Positions 1-12,647 of a DNA stretch of 64,000 nt are shown here, one piece after another. This DNA comes from Eledone cirrhosa (lineage: Eukaryota). The translations under genes were made by a program, and so were the position numbers. Every line of letters starts with the position of its first letter. Position 1 is the first letter of the stretch. Below the pieces are notes generated by a model, which saw only the letters and a program-made list of their open reading frames with translations, was not told the origin of the DNA and searched no databases. Where the stretch lies: the NCBI GenBank assembly GCA_964016885.1, contig OZ024747.1, positions 3,224,001 to 3,288,000 on the forward strand, written 5' to 3'.

Positions 1-107
1 AGAGGTGAGAGAATTCTGACCTGATATGGCCGGTTTAAATGCTAAAGGGTTAAAAGCACAAAATTCTAACATATTTGATGTTTTGATTCATTATTTATAT
101 ATATATA

Positions 108-144
<37 letters not shown>

Positions 145-720
145 TTTGATGTCTATTTTCTATGCTTGTATGGTATAAACATGTCATATTTGTGGCTTGA
201 CATGCAGTTCAGATGATTATGTTTTGTTCATACATTCCATTTTGGTGGTTTCTATGGCTGGATGATAGTAGATAGAGTAAAAAATAGTAGATAGAAAATT
301 TGATTGAGAGACAGCCTACAAATACGGTGTTATATCAATAGCAGGCAGTCTCCGAATATTTGTTTGGGTTCAATGCAAACCTGTTACATAATTCTGCAAA
401 AAACACCTGATGAGATTGCCTTGTCTTGCATCATAATCGGATGATAGAGCTGGACCATAGAAATATGTAGTGCTTTCGTGGGATTAAAAGTCTAAAGTAA
501 GATTTCCAGTCCAACCTTCTGCTGTTGTTTTAATGAATACTTTACTGTTCCTGCACCAACCACTGGATACCACATCTATGATGGATGACTTACATAGTGT
601 TGAGTGCTTTAATTAATTTGTTGCATCATCATTTACCAACCCGAACCACCAGTTGTACCCATAACATAAATGATATATATATATATATGCATATATATAT
701 ACATACATACTTACATATAT

Positions 721-1325
721 ACATGGTAAAAACGTCCCAGTCCCACACTGTAAATGTGGTTGGTGTTAGGAAGGGCATCCAGCTGTAGAAAACCTGCCAG
801 ACAGTCCACGCTGTAATGTGGCCGTGTAGGCAACACGGTAAAAACCTCCCAGCCCCACACTGTAAATGTGGTTGGTGTTAGGAAGGGCATCCAACTGTAG
901 AAAACCCGCCAGACAGTCCTATGCGAGCAAGACAACCACTCTTGCCTCAAGTGGGAAAACTCCCGTCCAAACCTATGCAAGCATGGAACACGGACGTTAA
1001 ACGATGATGATGATGATGATGATATGTATATATATACACATATACTCATATACATATATGTACATATACATATACGTACATATACATATATATACATATA
1101 GATATATATGTAAAGTGGTCGTGTAGGCACCACGGTAAAAAAAGCACCTAGCACTCACTGTAAATGAGGTTGGTGTTAGGAAGGGCATCCAGATGTAGAA
1201 ATCAAGCCAGAATCAGTTCCCGTATGAGCAAGACAAGGTCATCCGACCTGACATTGCCCACAACAGGACAACCTGTCTAACCCATGCTAGCGTGGAAGAA
1301 TGGATGTAAAACAGTGATGATGATG
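721..1325 (+). mobile_element. Cluster of RTE/SINE 3' tails (tandemly duplicated unit 721-1023; second tail 1111-1325)
   Basis: Three copies of CACTGTAAATG.GGTTGGTGTTAGGAAGGGCATCCA; two end in (GAT)n. Confidence 0.8.
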
Positions 1326-1429
1326 ATATATATCTATATATGCACACTTATATACATACACACACATACCACTACATATATATATATATTCTTTATTGTT
1401 TTACTTGTTATACTTTCTATGGCCATCCT

Positions 1430-2670
1430 TCCTTGGCTGGTCATTGATCAATGAGTCAGCTTCACACTGCTGCCCTCATTCACATGGTTTACTATGCTGT
1501 AGACTCATCTGGGATCTTAAACACCAGAATGACGAGATGCTTCTTCAAAATATCTACATCTACCCTATGTAGATCTTCCCGGTTTGTGGCAACATATTAA
1601 AGAGCTGAAGTATTTTAACTCCAAGCTACTGCAGTATCTTTTACTGTGGATGTGGAAAGTAGAAACTTTTGCTTTACAAAATGTTGTCCTGTCTAGGGAT
1701 TGGTGTATCTCACAGTACCCAACTTTGTTGCTAGCCCTTCCCTTGTCTTCAATATGTATATCACTGTATATGTTTCCTGTCTTTGCTCCAGGGTGTATTA
1801 ATTGATTTATTTCAGACTCTATCAGTAGTTCACCCCTTTTACTGAAGCATTGTTGGATTACTTCAAGTTCTTCATTTAATGTGACACTAAATGTATTCCA
1901 CCAAACTAACATTGTTACCTGGGCCTTTCTCCTGAATTAACTCAGAATCCAGCCAACCAGTTGTCTGCATATTGTTGCCATCTTGGTGATACACACAGGA
2001 AACAGCACTTCGTTGCATACATCAATCTCCAGGTCATGCAATGAGCTTGACTCCTGGTCCAAAATATCTTTATTGATGTGTTAGCTGCTTGATATGAAGG
2101 GCCAAGAAATATGTTGGCATTAAATTGTGTGTTGTCAGTGTTTGAGTAGTTTAGCAGCTGTTTCAACATCCAGTAATAATACTGCAAGAGTTAAAGAAGG
2201 AAGTCTTTCCCCAGAAGAAAGTCATGCTGGATGTCAATAAATCATTTTCGTCCAGAAATGTGATAAGTTTTCTTCTGGAAACACTTTCCATGTCTTTACT
2301 GATATGTAAGGTGAGAAAGAGAGAGAGGTCAGAAAGAGAGAGAGAGGTCAGATGAAGAGAGAGAGGTCTATAATCTTTAGCAACTGCTCCACTTCCTTCT
2401 TTATGGATAGGGCATATTATTCCTTCTTTTACTTTCCAAGGAGGATACCACTTGTGAAGAAGCTTTGGAAGAAGATCTGCAGTGGTTTTGCTATGGTCTG
2501 TAAGCAGAATTTTAAGATTTCTGGGACCCTGTGAGGGCTGGTAGATGAATTAAAGCTCATTTTATCTATAGTTGATATTATATGTACCCTATGTGATTGA
2601 TGGCTACCATTTCTCCATGTAATGGTAAGGAACTCATTTGATTTTTTTACTTTCATGTGTCTCATCAAGA
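1430..2670 (-). mobile_element. Decayed non-LTR retrotransposon reverse transcriptase (CR1/L2/Jockey-group-like)
   Basis: The - strand translates SPHRVPEILKFCLQTIAKPLQIFFQSFFTSGIL and, in another frame, EGIICPIHKEGSGAVAKDYRPLSL, typical of the region before the RT core. Frameshifted and stop-ridden. Confidence 0.7.
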
Positions 2671-3726
2671 TAAATAATACCTTTTATTCTTTAGTCTAGT
2701 GTCGTATTTAATGAAGTGCATGGGGTCGATTGCCCTGGGATCCCTGTAATGGGGGTCCCACCAGTGATGGCCATAGCAATTCATTTATGTTCTCAGCTGG
2801 GATTTTTAATTTTAGCATGGTTAGAATTTTTTAATTTAATACCAGAATGTACAAGTTTTCAATTCCAATTACTTGCACAAAGCTTACTTTGATATGTAAA
2901 ATTGGGGTATTGTTGTGTATTCTGATTTTTTTTTTGTATGTGGGTCCCCCAAACCTGAAGTACTCTGGGCTCCCCAAGATCTAAATCCAGCCCTGCCTTA
3001 GTCACTAACATGCCCTGCTTGCTGTTTATCTACAGTTTGCGAATAATTAGTCATTCCAAAAGCTTAGAACCAAAAATAACATAGATATATTAAAACACCT
3101 CAGACATAGATTTTCTTTAGAAGTAATTATAGATTTTTTGTTCCTTTATTTTTTATAAACGTAAAAGAACCAATCTTAAATCTCCCTTCTCTCTACAACT
3201 CTCACATACCTTCTATCTTTCCATCCTTCTCTCCATCTATCTTATATTTAAATGTTTATATTTATCCTTTTTTCTTCTCTAAATTTATTTCACATTAGGA
3301 ACCAAATGTAATAAAAAAAATTACTAAAAACAGAACAGATCAGAAAAAGGCCTTAATTATGAAATGTTGTTCACACCAGAGAAATTGTTTCCCTAATACA
3401 TTCATTATAAAAGCCAATAGTGCACAACTTTCAGTCATGGTTATAAGAATACATAAGACATGTATTGTTTTCTTCTATGATGAAAATCAATAGTCCAAAT
3501 TCATTTATGTTTCTAATAGTTAAATTTACGAGTGAGTGAAGATAATATCCTGACCGTTTTATTATATTTCATTCCAAATCTAGGAGAATCATCCCCATAG
3601 GTCATTATTTTAGTCACTGATATTGAAGAACTCACATATGTTTCTATCAGAGTATGTACAAGAGAGCAAAAACACATGCATATAACCATTGTTGTAAGTT
3701 TTATATATATATATATATATATATAG

Positions 3727-3821
3727 GAACGAGTAGGACCCCGACGGCTGAGCTCAAGCCGTTTCGACGGCTAATTCTGGACCGTCGGGGTCCTACTCGT
3801 TCTTATTACCCACTCTACTAC
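3727..3821. mobile_element. Short fold-back carrying the 3' half of a hammerhead (- strand), after (TA)n
   Basis: Perfect 21-bp arms at 3727-3747 and 3782-3802. The - strand reads TAGCCGTC-GAAA-CGGC TTGAGCTCA GCCG-TC-GGGG. Same family as 20404 and 25885. Confidence 0.7.
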
Positions 3822-4095
3822 CCTTGAGCAAGACACTTTATTTCACATTGCTCCAGTTTACTCAGCTGTAGAAATGAGATGATAGGGACTGGGGTCCATA
3901 TCATTCCACTGCAAAGTGGTCGTGCAGGTGCCACGGCAAAAAAGTTCCCAGCACTCACTGTAAATGAGGTTGGTGTTAGGAAGGGCATCCAGCTGTAGAA
4001 ATCAAGCCAGAATCAGTTCCCGTCCCACCCTTGCAAGCAGGGAAAAAGCGGACGTAAAATGAAATGATGATGATATATATATTTGTGTGTGTGTG

Positions 4096-4404
4096 AAGAA
4101 AGAGAGATTGAAGTTTCAATTCAATGTATTTTACTTGTAATAGTGTATAACATGTTTCACAAATGATCAGCTTGGAGCTTTAATCGGTTACAATCAGCTT
4201 GACTCAGGGACTGGTTTGCTTGTGAGGCACAATGAGGATTAGTACAAATTCTGATTTTAATTGCCATTGCATCTGACAAACAAATCAATCCTAGAGTTGA
4301 GCTGATTGTAACCAATTAAAGCTCAGAGCTGGTCATTTGTGAAACATGTGTTCCATGTGATTATAATTAAATATATTAAACTGAAACTTTGATCTCTCTT
4401 TCTT
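4096..4404. mobile_element. Older fold-back element (~140-bp diverged arms) with a decayed hammerhead
   Basis: AAGAAAGAGAGATTGAAGTTTCA pairs with TGAAACTTTGATCTCTCTTTCTT, and CATGTTTCACAAATGA with TCATTTGTGAAACATG. The right arm has CTGACAA-ACAAAT...ATTTGT-GAAACATGT. Confidence 0.7.
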
Positions 4405-5335
4405 AATAGAAACACTCTATATATTATGCCAATGACAAATGGATGTTGGTATTAATCCAAATTTTAATACTGAATATCCAATTCATGTAAAAGATTGAGT
4501 GCTGCGACAAGTACTGCCTGTACTAATCAGCATTACTCACCAACAGACTATATATATATATATAATTCAAATTTAGATAAATATATGCATATAGTCATAT
4601 ATCATTAGAGAAAGTTATTGTATTCTATACACATATATATGTGTGTGTAGTAAAAAGTATAAGTGAAAATGCACGGAGGTATATTTAAAGATTATTCTTT
4701 AATCTGACTGAATGAATATTTATATAATTGGAGCATGCTTGCTTCATTTCGTTCCAGTCTTTATAGGGCCAGTGTAAACAAGATTCAGGTCTCATGTCTT
4801 TACAACATCGCCATTTACATGCAAGCATCATGCAGCTATCCTTTGAGGTAGAAACCCTCTGTGGCCAGCAGTGTTAGTAGCTCCCCATACTTTATCCAGG
4901 CAGTACTCACGCTAATTACTGTAATTTCAGAACACCCGGTTAAAATGCCATATGAAGTTTCATCAACATGAAATTCCACATCCTGATCCAATAAACTGGC
5001 ATACATCTGCTATTTGCACTGAAGACTTTGTAAATCAATTACTGGATTCAAAAGTCACCTCCATGAACATGGGAGGGTGTTTATTGAGATTTCCTTTTGC
5101 TTGTGTTGATCTTTGAGTGTAGTTATAATCCTCCATTGTGAAGTCTTTCCAGACTAGTTCTTTCGTAATCCTCTGAGCATTATTTTTTGTTACATGTAAA
5201 CATTTGACATGAGTTCACTGCAAGGGATATTGGATACAATATGATGGTAACATCTAAATGTCTCAACATATATACTGATGTTATGTATGGCTTTTCTCTT
5301 TTGTTTCCATTTAGTGTACAAGCTTTTGCCCGCTT

Positions 5336-5498
5336 CTTAGGACCGACTGACCCATGCTCGACTTCTGTTGGCATGGAACCATCCTCCACTTCGGTCTTCG
5401 ATGGTCTCATTTGAATATTTGCTACTACCACCGAGATGTGTACCCATGATCGGCTTCACCCAGGCTCATGCCCATGGCTTCTGTGCACACAGCTACTC
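5336..5498 (-). pseudogene. 28S rRNA fragment (pseudogene)
   Basis: The reverse complement contains GGTGGTAGTAGCAAATATTCAAATGAGA..GAAGACCGAAGTGGAGGATGGTTCCATG..CATGGGTCAGTCGGTCCTAAG, matching the conserved eukaryotic LSU core 5' of D7a. No flanking rDNA is present. Confidence 0.88.
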
Positions 5499-6167
5499 AA
5501 CCACCTGTAGTGTAGAAGTGGTTAATATCAATGTTATTTAGAAACTTTCTTGTGGTAGCAATTTCCAGGTTTATTGAACTTTTACCATCCTGTAGCACAT
5601 GTATAAAGGCATTAGCAAGACATTCTTGAAAAATAGAAATCAACACTATTTTTGCATTGCATTAAACATTTAAATGATTGCTCTAATACGTGTCTAACTT
5701 CATGTGCAAGCATCAGCTTGGTTGGGACATGACACATAAACCCCAAGACATGCTAATCAGGTCCTGTATTTGGTAGCGTAAAGACCCTCTTTGGTCCCGA
5801 ATGACCATGGGATTTGCACCTAGAAAGTTTCCCCTCCATGGCACAAGTCTGGGCAAGGTTTTTTTGTGGAAGACCATCAGTCACCCATGCATACCAGCCT
5901 CCCTTCACCACGCCACCAATGTTACCCAAGGGAAAGGTAATGGCTGATACAGCTTAACTCCAGTGACGTCGCAACATTAATATACACCATATATACACTA
6001 TATATATATACACCATATATACTCTATATATATACCATATATACTCTATATATATACCATATATACACCATATATTAGGTGGAAGACATCTTATTAGAAA
6101 GAAGCTATGCTGGAAAAGACAAATCCAATTCATGCAAGCATGGGAAAACAGATGTAAAAAGATTGCC

Positions 6168-6199
<32 letters not shown>

Positions 6200-6362
6200 G
6201 AGAGAGGGAGAGAGTCAGTGGGGCTGAAACCAAGGAGACCACTAATCATGGGAGCACTCAATACATGGGGAGATGAAGTGTGTGTGTATAGAGATATGTA
6301 AAATCCCAACTGCGGCGACAAGTGATTGGGATTTTACAGCTCTCTCTCTCTCTGTATGTATG

Positions 6363-6401
<39 letters not shown>

Positions 6402-6540
6402 AACCTACATACATATGTCATTGATGCTGTGATAAAGTGCAACCAGTAAAATCTGTGTACTGGTAGTCATATCCTAGCAAGATCGAAGACACATGTCTAC
6501 TCTATGTTGTCTTAAATTTTACGGGGGATGTGGGAGGTAT

Positions 6541-6575
<35 letters not shown>

Positions 6576-6578
<3 letters not shown>

Positions 6579-7362
6579 TTAGTTATACTATTTATGGTTA
6601 TGTAAACACAAAACCTTAAGCAGTTGTAAGTATTTTACACACACCCTAAATAGTGGTAGGCAGTAATGTATTACTACCTTATTACCAGTAAGTTAAGTAG
6701 CTCAATGTAAAAACATCAGATGATTTACAGAGCAGTTATATGAAATATAAGAATCAAAGAACTGTTCAAAACATTATTGTGCTTACAGCTGTTTCCTCCA
6801 AACCGAGGTTTGGATTCTTCGGAGCAATTTATTAATGCATGGACAGTTATATGACCTCCTTTTCAGCCGAGAGACATACCAATACATATTCAAACATTGA
6901 TACATATTCAAACATTGTGGGTCAACATTCATTACAAAATTTAGAGTGGCAGTACACACTTCGAGATTACATTTATATTAATAGGTACAATCAAAAATCA
7001 AAGATATAGGTTAAAGTACAACATGAAGATAAGTGGTTATATGGTGCAAATGTTATAACATTTGCACCATCTTCATGTTGTACTTTAACCTATATCTTTG
7101 ATTTTTGATTGTACCTATTAATATAAATGTAATCTCGAAGTGTGTACTGCCACTCTAAATTTTGTAATGAATGTTGACCCACAATGTTTGAATATGTATC
7201 AATGTTTGAATATGTATTGGTATGTCTCTCGGCTGAAAAGGAGGTCATATAACTGTCCATGCATTAATAAATTGCTCCGAAGAATCCAAACCTCGGTTTG
7301 GAGGAAACAGCTGTAAGCACAATAATGTTTTGAACAGTTCTTTGATTCTTATATTTCATATA
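6576..7362. mobile_element. Fold-back element, near-perfect ~310-bp palindrome arms, between (TA)n tracts
   Basis: 6737-7055 is the reverse complement of 7056-7362 except for a 12-nt indel near 7029-7040. (TA)n lies at 6543-6575 and 7358-7380, and each arm has a hammerhead motif. Confidence 0.85.
7272..7320 (+). ncRNA. Minimal hammerhead motif with a variant core (CCGAAGA); mirror copy on the - strand at 6778-6826
   Basis: TTGCT-CCGAAGA-ATCCAAACC TC GGTTTGGAG-GAAA-CAGCTG-TA-AGCAC. U4 is replaced by C in both arms. Confidence 0.6.
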
Positions 7363-9831
7363 TATATATATATATATATACGTGTGTGTGTGGAATGTAA
7401 ACATGTATCAGAAATCACCAAACCATAAATAATTTTTGAATTATAAATGAATATCTTGGGAAGCTGTTTGAAATTCCCTGATATGATGTGCTATTCCTAG
7501 CCAAACCGGGGAAACGCCTTCTGTCTGCCGAGCCCACAGGGTGGCCAGTACATCAGCCCCCATATGCTTCTAATAGTGAGAGATGGGGAGAGTGAGATAG
7601 AGACTGACTATACCAGCATTACTGAAGTATTTTGTAGAGTTAAAGGTTATATGTCTCATTATAATCCTAATTGGTTGTTAATTTCTACTTTAACACAACA
7701 TTTATAATAGTTACACCAGAACAACTGAGCCCTTACTAATTAATATATTTGTGTAAATATAGAAATCTTGTGCCATTTCTTTTAACTAGTGTTGCTGTGT
7801 AAATATATGTAGATGTCTATAATACTTTGCTAAAATGTTAATGTATTTTGGGTAAAATGATTATTGCACATTTATGTTCAATATAATTGTTCTTCGAAAT
7901 AATTGAGCATTTTTGATCCTCTATTTCAGTATATTCAATATTTATCATCAGAAGGGGATTTGCAAAGTCAAAATATATTGGTATTCTGCGGCCATGTTGC
8001 TAATTCAAAATATAAATGAATTGAGTTATTTCCCTTTAAATATAATTACTAGCTTTGCACATTAAGCCATCACGACGTATTATATATTAGCCATTTATTT
8101 TTCACTGGTCGATTTAAAATGGATTCCTCTGTTTACATAAATATGTATAGATGTTTTCATTGTCAATGCTTTTGAAGAAAATCTAAATATTTGAAGCAAA
8201 ATTTCATCTATAAAACACTTTAAAAAATATATTTGTTACCTTACACTTTTAGTTATTGTGTCCTTTATTATATGACAGGAATACTTAATATTCAGATAAA
8301 CAATAATGTTTGTGTGTGTCTTTGGTTATTTTAATTGGCAGAGTTGGCTACCCACAGGTGTGGGCCTTGTGAGCTGGAATGGCTCTTCCAGTGTGTCTCA
8401 CTTACCATCCTCCAGGGAAACACCTTCTCTGTTCTGTCCACTGGGGCCATAGGACAACCAGCATGTGGGCCCCTATTTGTTCTCAATAGTGAGAGATGGG
8501 GAGAGTGGCAGAGGGAGTTTGGTTCCTTTGTGTTCAGACTTTGTATACATGTATATATTTACCACATCTCATTAACTATATAATTGAAAGTATTTTACTC
8601 TAACCTGATATTAATAATTTTTATAAATCTCTCAATATTCTTTATTCAAATACAGAATATATATTTGTGCAGTAGAGCAGTTATACATTAAAGGACTCAA
8701 TACACAATGTTTTGTGATTATTTCGTTACTTTCTTGGATTTTACAGAAGAACTTTGATTTCAAATCTAAGGTTTTCATCAGATATTTGTATTTGGGATTA
8801 AATGCACATATATAGGGTTAGTTCCATTTTAAACAGAAAGGTGTTTTGGTAGAGTCTATTATGAATTACCATAGTTAATAACTCAATAATTTACCATCCA
8901 AGGGAAGTAATTCCTCTTGTATGAATTCTAATTTATTGTAGGATAACAATATCTGTATCATCATCATCATCATCATCATCCCTAATTCATCATCCTTCAT
9001 CTTCATCTTCATCATCATCATTATTATCTTCTTCTTCTTCTTCAAAATATCGATCTACCTTGATCAATCAACCCTCTGAAATGATCATAAAACAATGAAC
9101 TAATTAACTACCTATCTCTGACTTTTATTTTATTTCCATAGTTCAATACACACATATATAAGTATTTATTAGTCTATTTTCCCAAACAAGTATATGTGGT
9201 TATGCTATGAAACAATTTAGGCTATATAATGTAGAACATACCAGCTGAATGTTAGTTATTATGAAAACGGCAGTAAATTAAGCAGTTATTTACTAATTTG
9301 TTTAATTTCCCAGAGTAGTACATGTAGTTATGCTATGCTAAATATTTGCTGTGAAACGAATATGCCAACCAAATCTTCACCGAAGGGCATGTAAAGTACA
9401 TAGAAATGTACTAGGGTCCCTTAGTGTAGATCCTGACTGAGATTGAACTTCAGACGAGGATCTCCACCATCCCTAATACCTCCCACTAGACCATATATGG
9501 GCAGGGACATCATTCTAGGAAACTCTGATATAAAGCTTGTAACTCAATGGCAGCCAAAGATGTTGACCTGTTCTTTTGAGATACCTATCAGTGTTGTTCA
9601 GTAAGTGGGATTGATCCAGTGTAAGGTGTTTTTTCACTTACAAAAGATTGCGCTACAGGCATCACTTGATCTATATGACTTCCATGTTTATTGTGTCAGC
9701 AAGGACCTTTTATCTTTGCTGTAGCATATACAGAAAGGAATCTAAGTCTTTGGAAGTCTGGAAAGTCATATTTGTGCCACCCAAGTGTGAGAAATAGATC
9801 AGAGGTCAATTCTCATAATTGATATATATAT

Positions 9832-10150
9832 ATTCAAAATATTAATAAATGTAGACATTCACTTAATCAAAATATATTTTATTATATATATTTCGGAGGT
9901 ACTGTGCTGTTTTTTCAGTACGTCCTCATCAGATAATTTATGTATTTTATCTGATGAGGGCGTACTGAAAAAACTGCACAGTAGCTCCGAAATATATATA
10001 ATAAAATATATTTTAATTAAGTGAATGTCTACATTTATTAATATTTTGAATTAATATTAATAACTCCAGAAAACCTTATTGTTGAGTGCTTCTAATCTAT
10101 TGTAAAATTATATTCATTGATTAATCAATGAACCTTGTTTAACTTTTGGT
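9832..10150. mobile_element. Fold-back element (~105-bp arms) with hammerhead
   Basis: 9832-9936 is the inverse of 9947-10051 with a few mismatches; flanked by TA/TG repeats. Confidence 0.85.
9939..10011 (+). ncRNA. Type I hammerhead ribozyme (intact-looking)
   Basis: TATGTATTTTAT-CTGATGA(9951)-GGGCGTACTG..CAGTAGCTCC-GAAA(9989)-TATATA-TA(10000)-ATAAAATATA. Stem I is about 10 bp, stem II is TACTG/CAGTA plus base, stem III is palindromic, and the cleavage triplet is AUA. Confidence 0.8.
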
Positions 10151-11505
10151 TATATACATGTGTGTGTGTGTGTGTAAGCTCAGCAAGAAAATAGATATTA
10201 GATATTGTTGCTAGTTTATAAATATACATATATGTATAGACGTAAACATATAGATAACAGAAGTAAACATCTCAATATATATACATATATATATTTGAAT
10301 TTGTAAAGACAGATAGCTATATAAATGAAAATACACAATTTTTTCCTATTATTTTACTTTCATTTATTATATTAGTAATAACAGTGAGTCTGTGAAATGA
10401 TATATTAAGAGAATGTGAAGTGTTAAATCTGCGAACATATGATTGATGTTTGTTATATTTTAGCAGGTAATGTTCATTTATTATCATAACATTTATAATG
10501 AAGTAGTTCTGTAAGATAGCAAATATAAAGTTAAGCTAGGGGAAACTTGGGAAGAAATTACCAGTCAATTTTTGACAGCATATCAGCCGTAATTGTATGG
10601 CTGCAAACAACTGTAATAATTAACTCTGCCAGATTTTTCAGCTGCTTAATACAACTTTCTCTGAGTCAACCTGTATACTTATTTTCACTTGCTATCTAAT
10701 ACCATCAATACACTGGTTTTATATTAACTTCTATCAATACATTTATTGTCATTACTTCACTATATATATAGTAATAATAATAAATTTGAAGACTAAAATC
10801 CAAAGAGGGCTTGATAAGGATAAATATATATCAAATATATAAGAACTGTAGAGCAAATATTTATTAAAATAACAGATTATTATTATATATATATATATAT
10901 ATTTATTTATTTACTGCTTCACTTAATGTAATAGCTTGATTGTTTTTATATTTGAAATGGCTGATGTTTGAAATGATAATATCAATATATGATGTTCAGT
11001 AGAATAAATGAGTGTGGCAGATATATGAAGAAGTAAGTACTATAGTATGTACTATATATATATATGTGTGTGTGTGTGTTCCAATGTCTTTATTTTGGCT
11101 TCAGTCTTTGACCTGTACATAAACAGCATATTACTTTGAGTAAATCCACTTTACAGCTTCACTTGCAACAATGTTTATATAAAAAGAAAATACGAGTTGG
11201 CTAAAACAATCAAAAATATTGCTAGTAGAGTCTAACAAAATCCTGTAACCATAGATATCATTGCTCTGTGTGTCAATGCCCGAACCAAACAGATTATCTT
11301 GTGTTGTACAATCACCACTCCTAAATGATTACCAATATAAGTGCATCTAATGCGCATTAGAATTGCAACAAACTGATAGAACACTAGGGACATATATTTT
11401 TCACACATGGATGTAATTTTTGTTTTACTGCGAGATGTCATTAATGTATGTTCATGAAATGACTGATCTGTCCTATGTACTCAATCATTTGACTATATGT
11501 CAGGG

Positions 11506-11550
<45 letters not shown>

Positions 11551-12470
11551 ATATATATGTATTTCTTTTGCAAGATTTCTAATCTGAAAATGTGTGTTGA
11601 AGACATAGTTTGGGTGGGTCATGCTGCCAATAAAAACACATGCACCTGTTGGTTTTCACTTCAATTAATTACAAACTTCCAGATTGGTCTATGTACATAT
11701 GAGCAAGCTGGGATTGAACTTATAAACGTTTATAACTCTTTTATCCATTGTGCTAGGATCAAATATTAGAAATAGGATCTCTGCATGAGAAAGAGTTTTG
11801 TGACATCGTTCCCCCTAAGAGAACATGTATCTATATGAGATACCTCGTGAGAAATGGGGACGAAACTACTCAAAATGTGTGCTGCTATAAATGAGAAAAG
11901 ATCAGACTAAATGAGGAAAATGTACTTCATATTTAATGAAGAATATGAATACAGGGAATAACGAGTGAGTCATGAAGGATTGCTGAAGATAAACATTTGG
12001 AATGATAGTCATCTTAGAGATCTTATTGAATGATGATAATACATAAACTTGGCATTCAGGGAGTTAATAGCTGAGGGAAATTATCCAGAAATGCCATTCA
12101 CACGAGAAATAATAGGCAAGTTAGTGCCATCATATTTAATGTGGTAAGGAAAAGAAACCTAATCAATAATATTGATGTGAGGGAGGGGAAGACATTAGCA
12201 CAATGACTAATATTATTTTAACCTTTTGAACTCTGATCCTTTGCCATATGTATTGTCTTCAGCTCTCGGTGTCCACATAGAAAATTATGGTAAAAATAAT
12301 ACTTCTCAATTATATCTGAAAAGAAAAGATAATAATAACCAAATAATAATGAAAATTATTATGTGAAAAAATTTTGATGGTAAATTGGGGTGGCTGGTTT
12401 TTATTCAAGGCCAACACTTTGCAGAATTTCAACCTCTTCAAATTCTATGTAAATGAGGTACTAAAATACT

Positions 12471-12647
12471 TTTTACTTTGGAGGTGAATATTACACCTGT
12501 TTTACTCTGGAGGTGAATATTACACCTGTTTTACTCTGGAGGTGAATATTACACCTGTTTTACTCTGGAGGTGAATATTACACCTGTTTTACTTTGGAGG
12601 TGACTATTGCACCTGTTTACTTTGGAGGTGACTATTGCACCTGTTTT
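12471..12647. repeat. 29-bp tandem repeat x6
   Basis: Unit TTTTACT(C/T)TGGAGGTGAATATTACACCTG. Confidence 0.92.

Noticed and set aside
400-450. CTGATGA-GATTGC..GCATC-ATAA as a hammerhead (similar weak motifs at 22915, 23518, 30296, 54990)
   Set aside because: The GAAA or CUGA core is mutated and stem I is not convincing; at most decayed relics.
10769-10840. 70-bp match to 31723-31792 as a local duplication
   Set aside because: Both follow (TA)n and look like the terminus of a dispersed repeat; the second copy is cut by the N gap, so it cannot be characterised.
12471-12647. 29-bp hairpin repeats as a CRISPR array
   Set aside because: No spacers, no cas genes, eukaryotic context.
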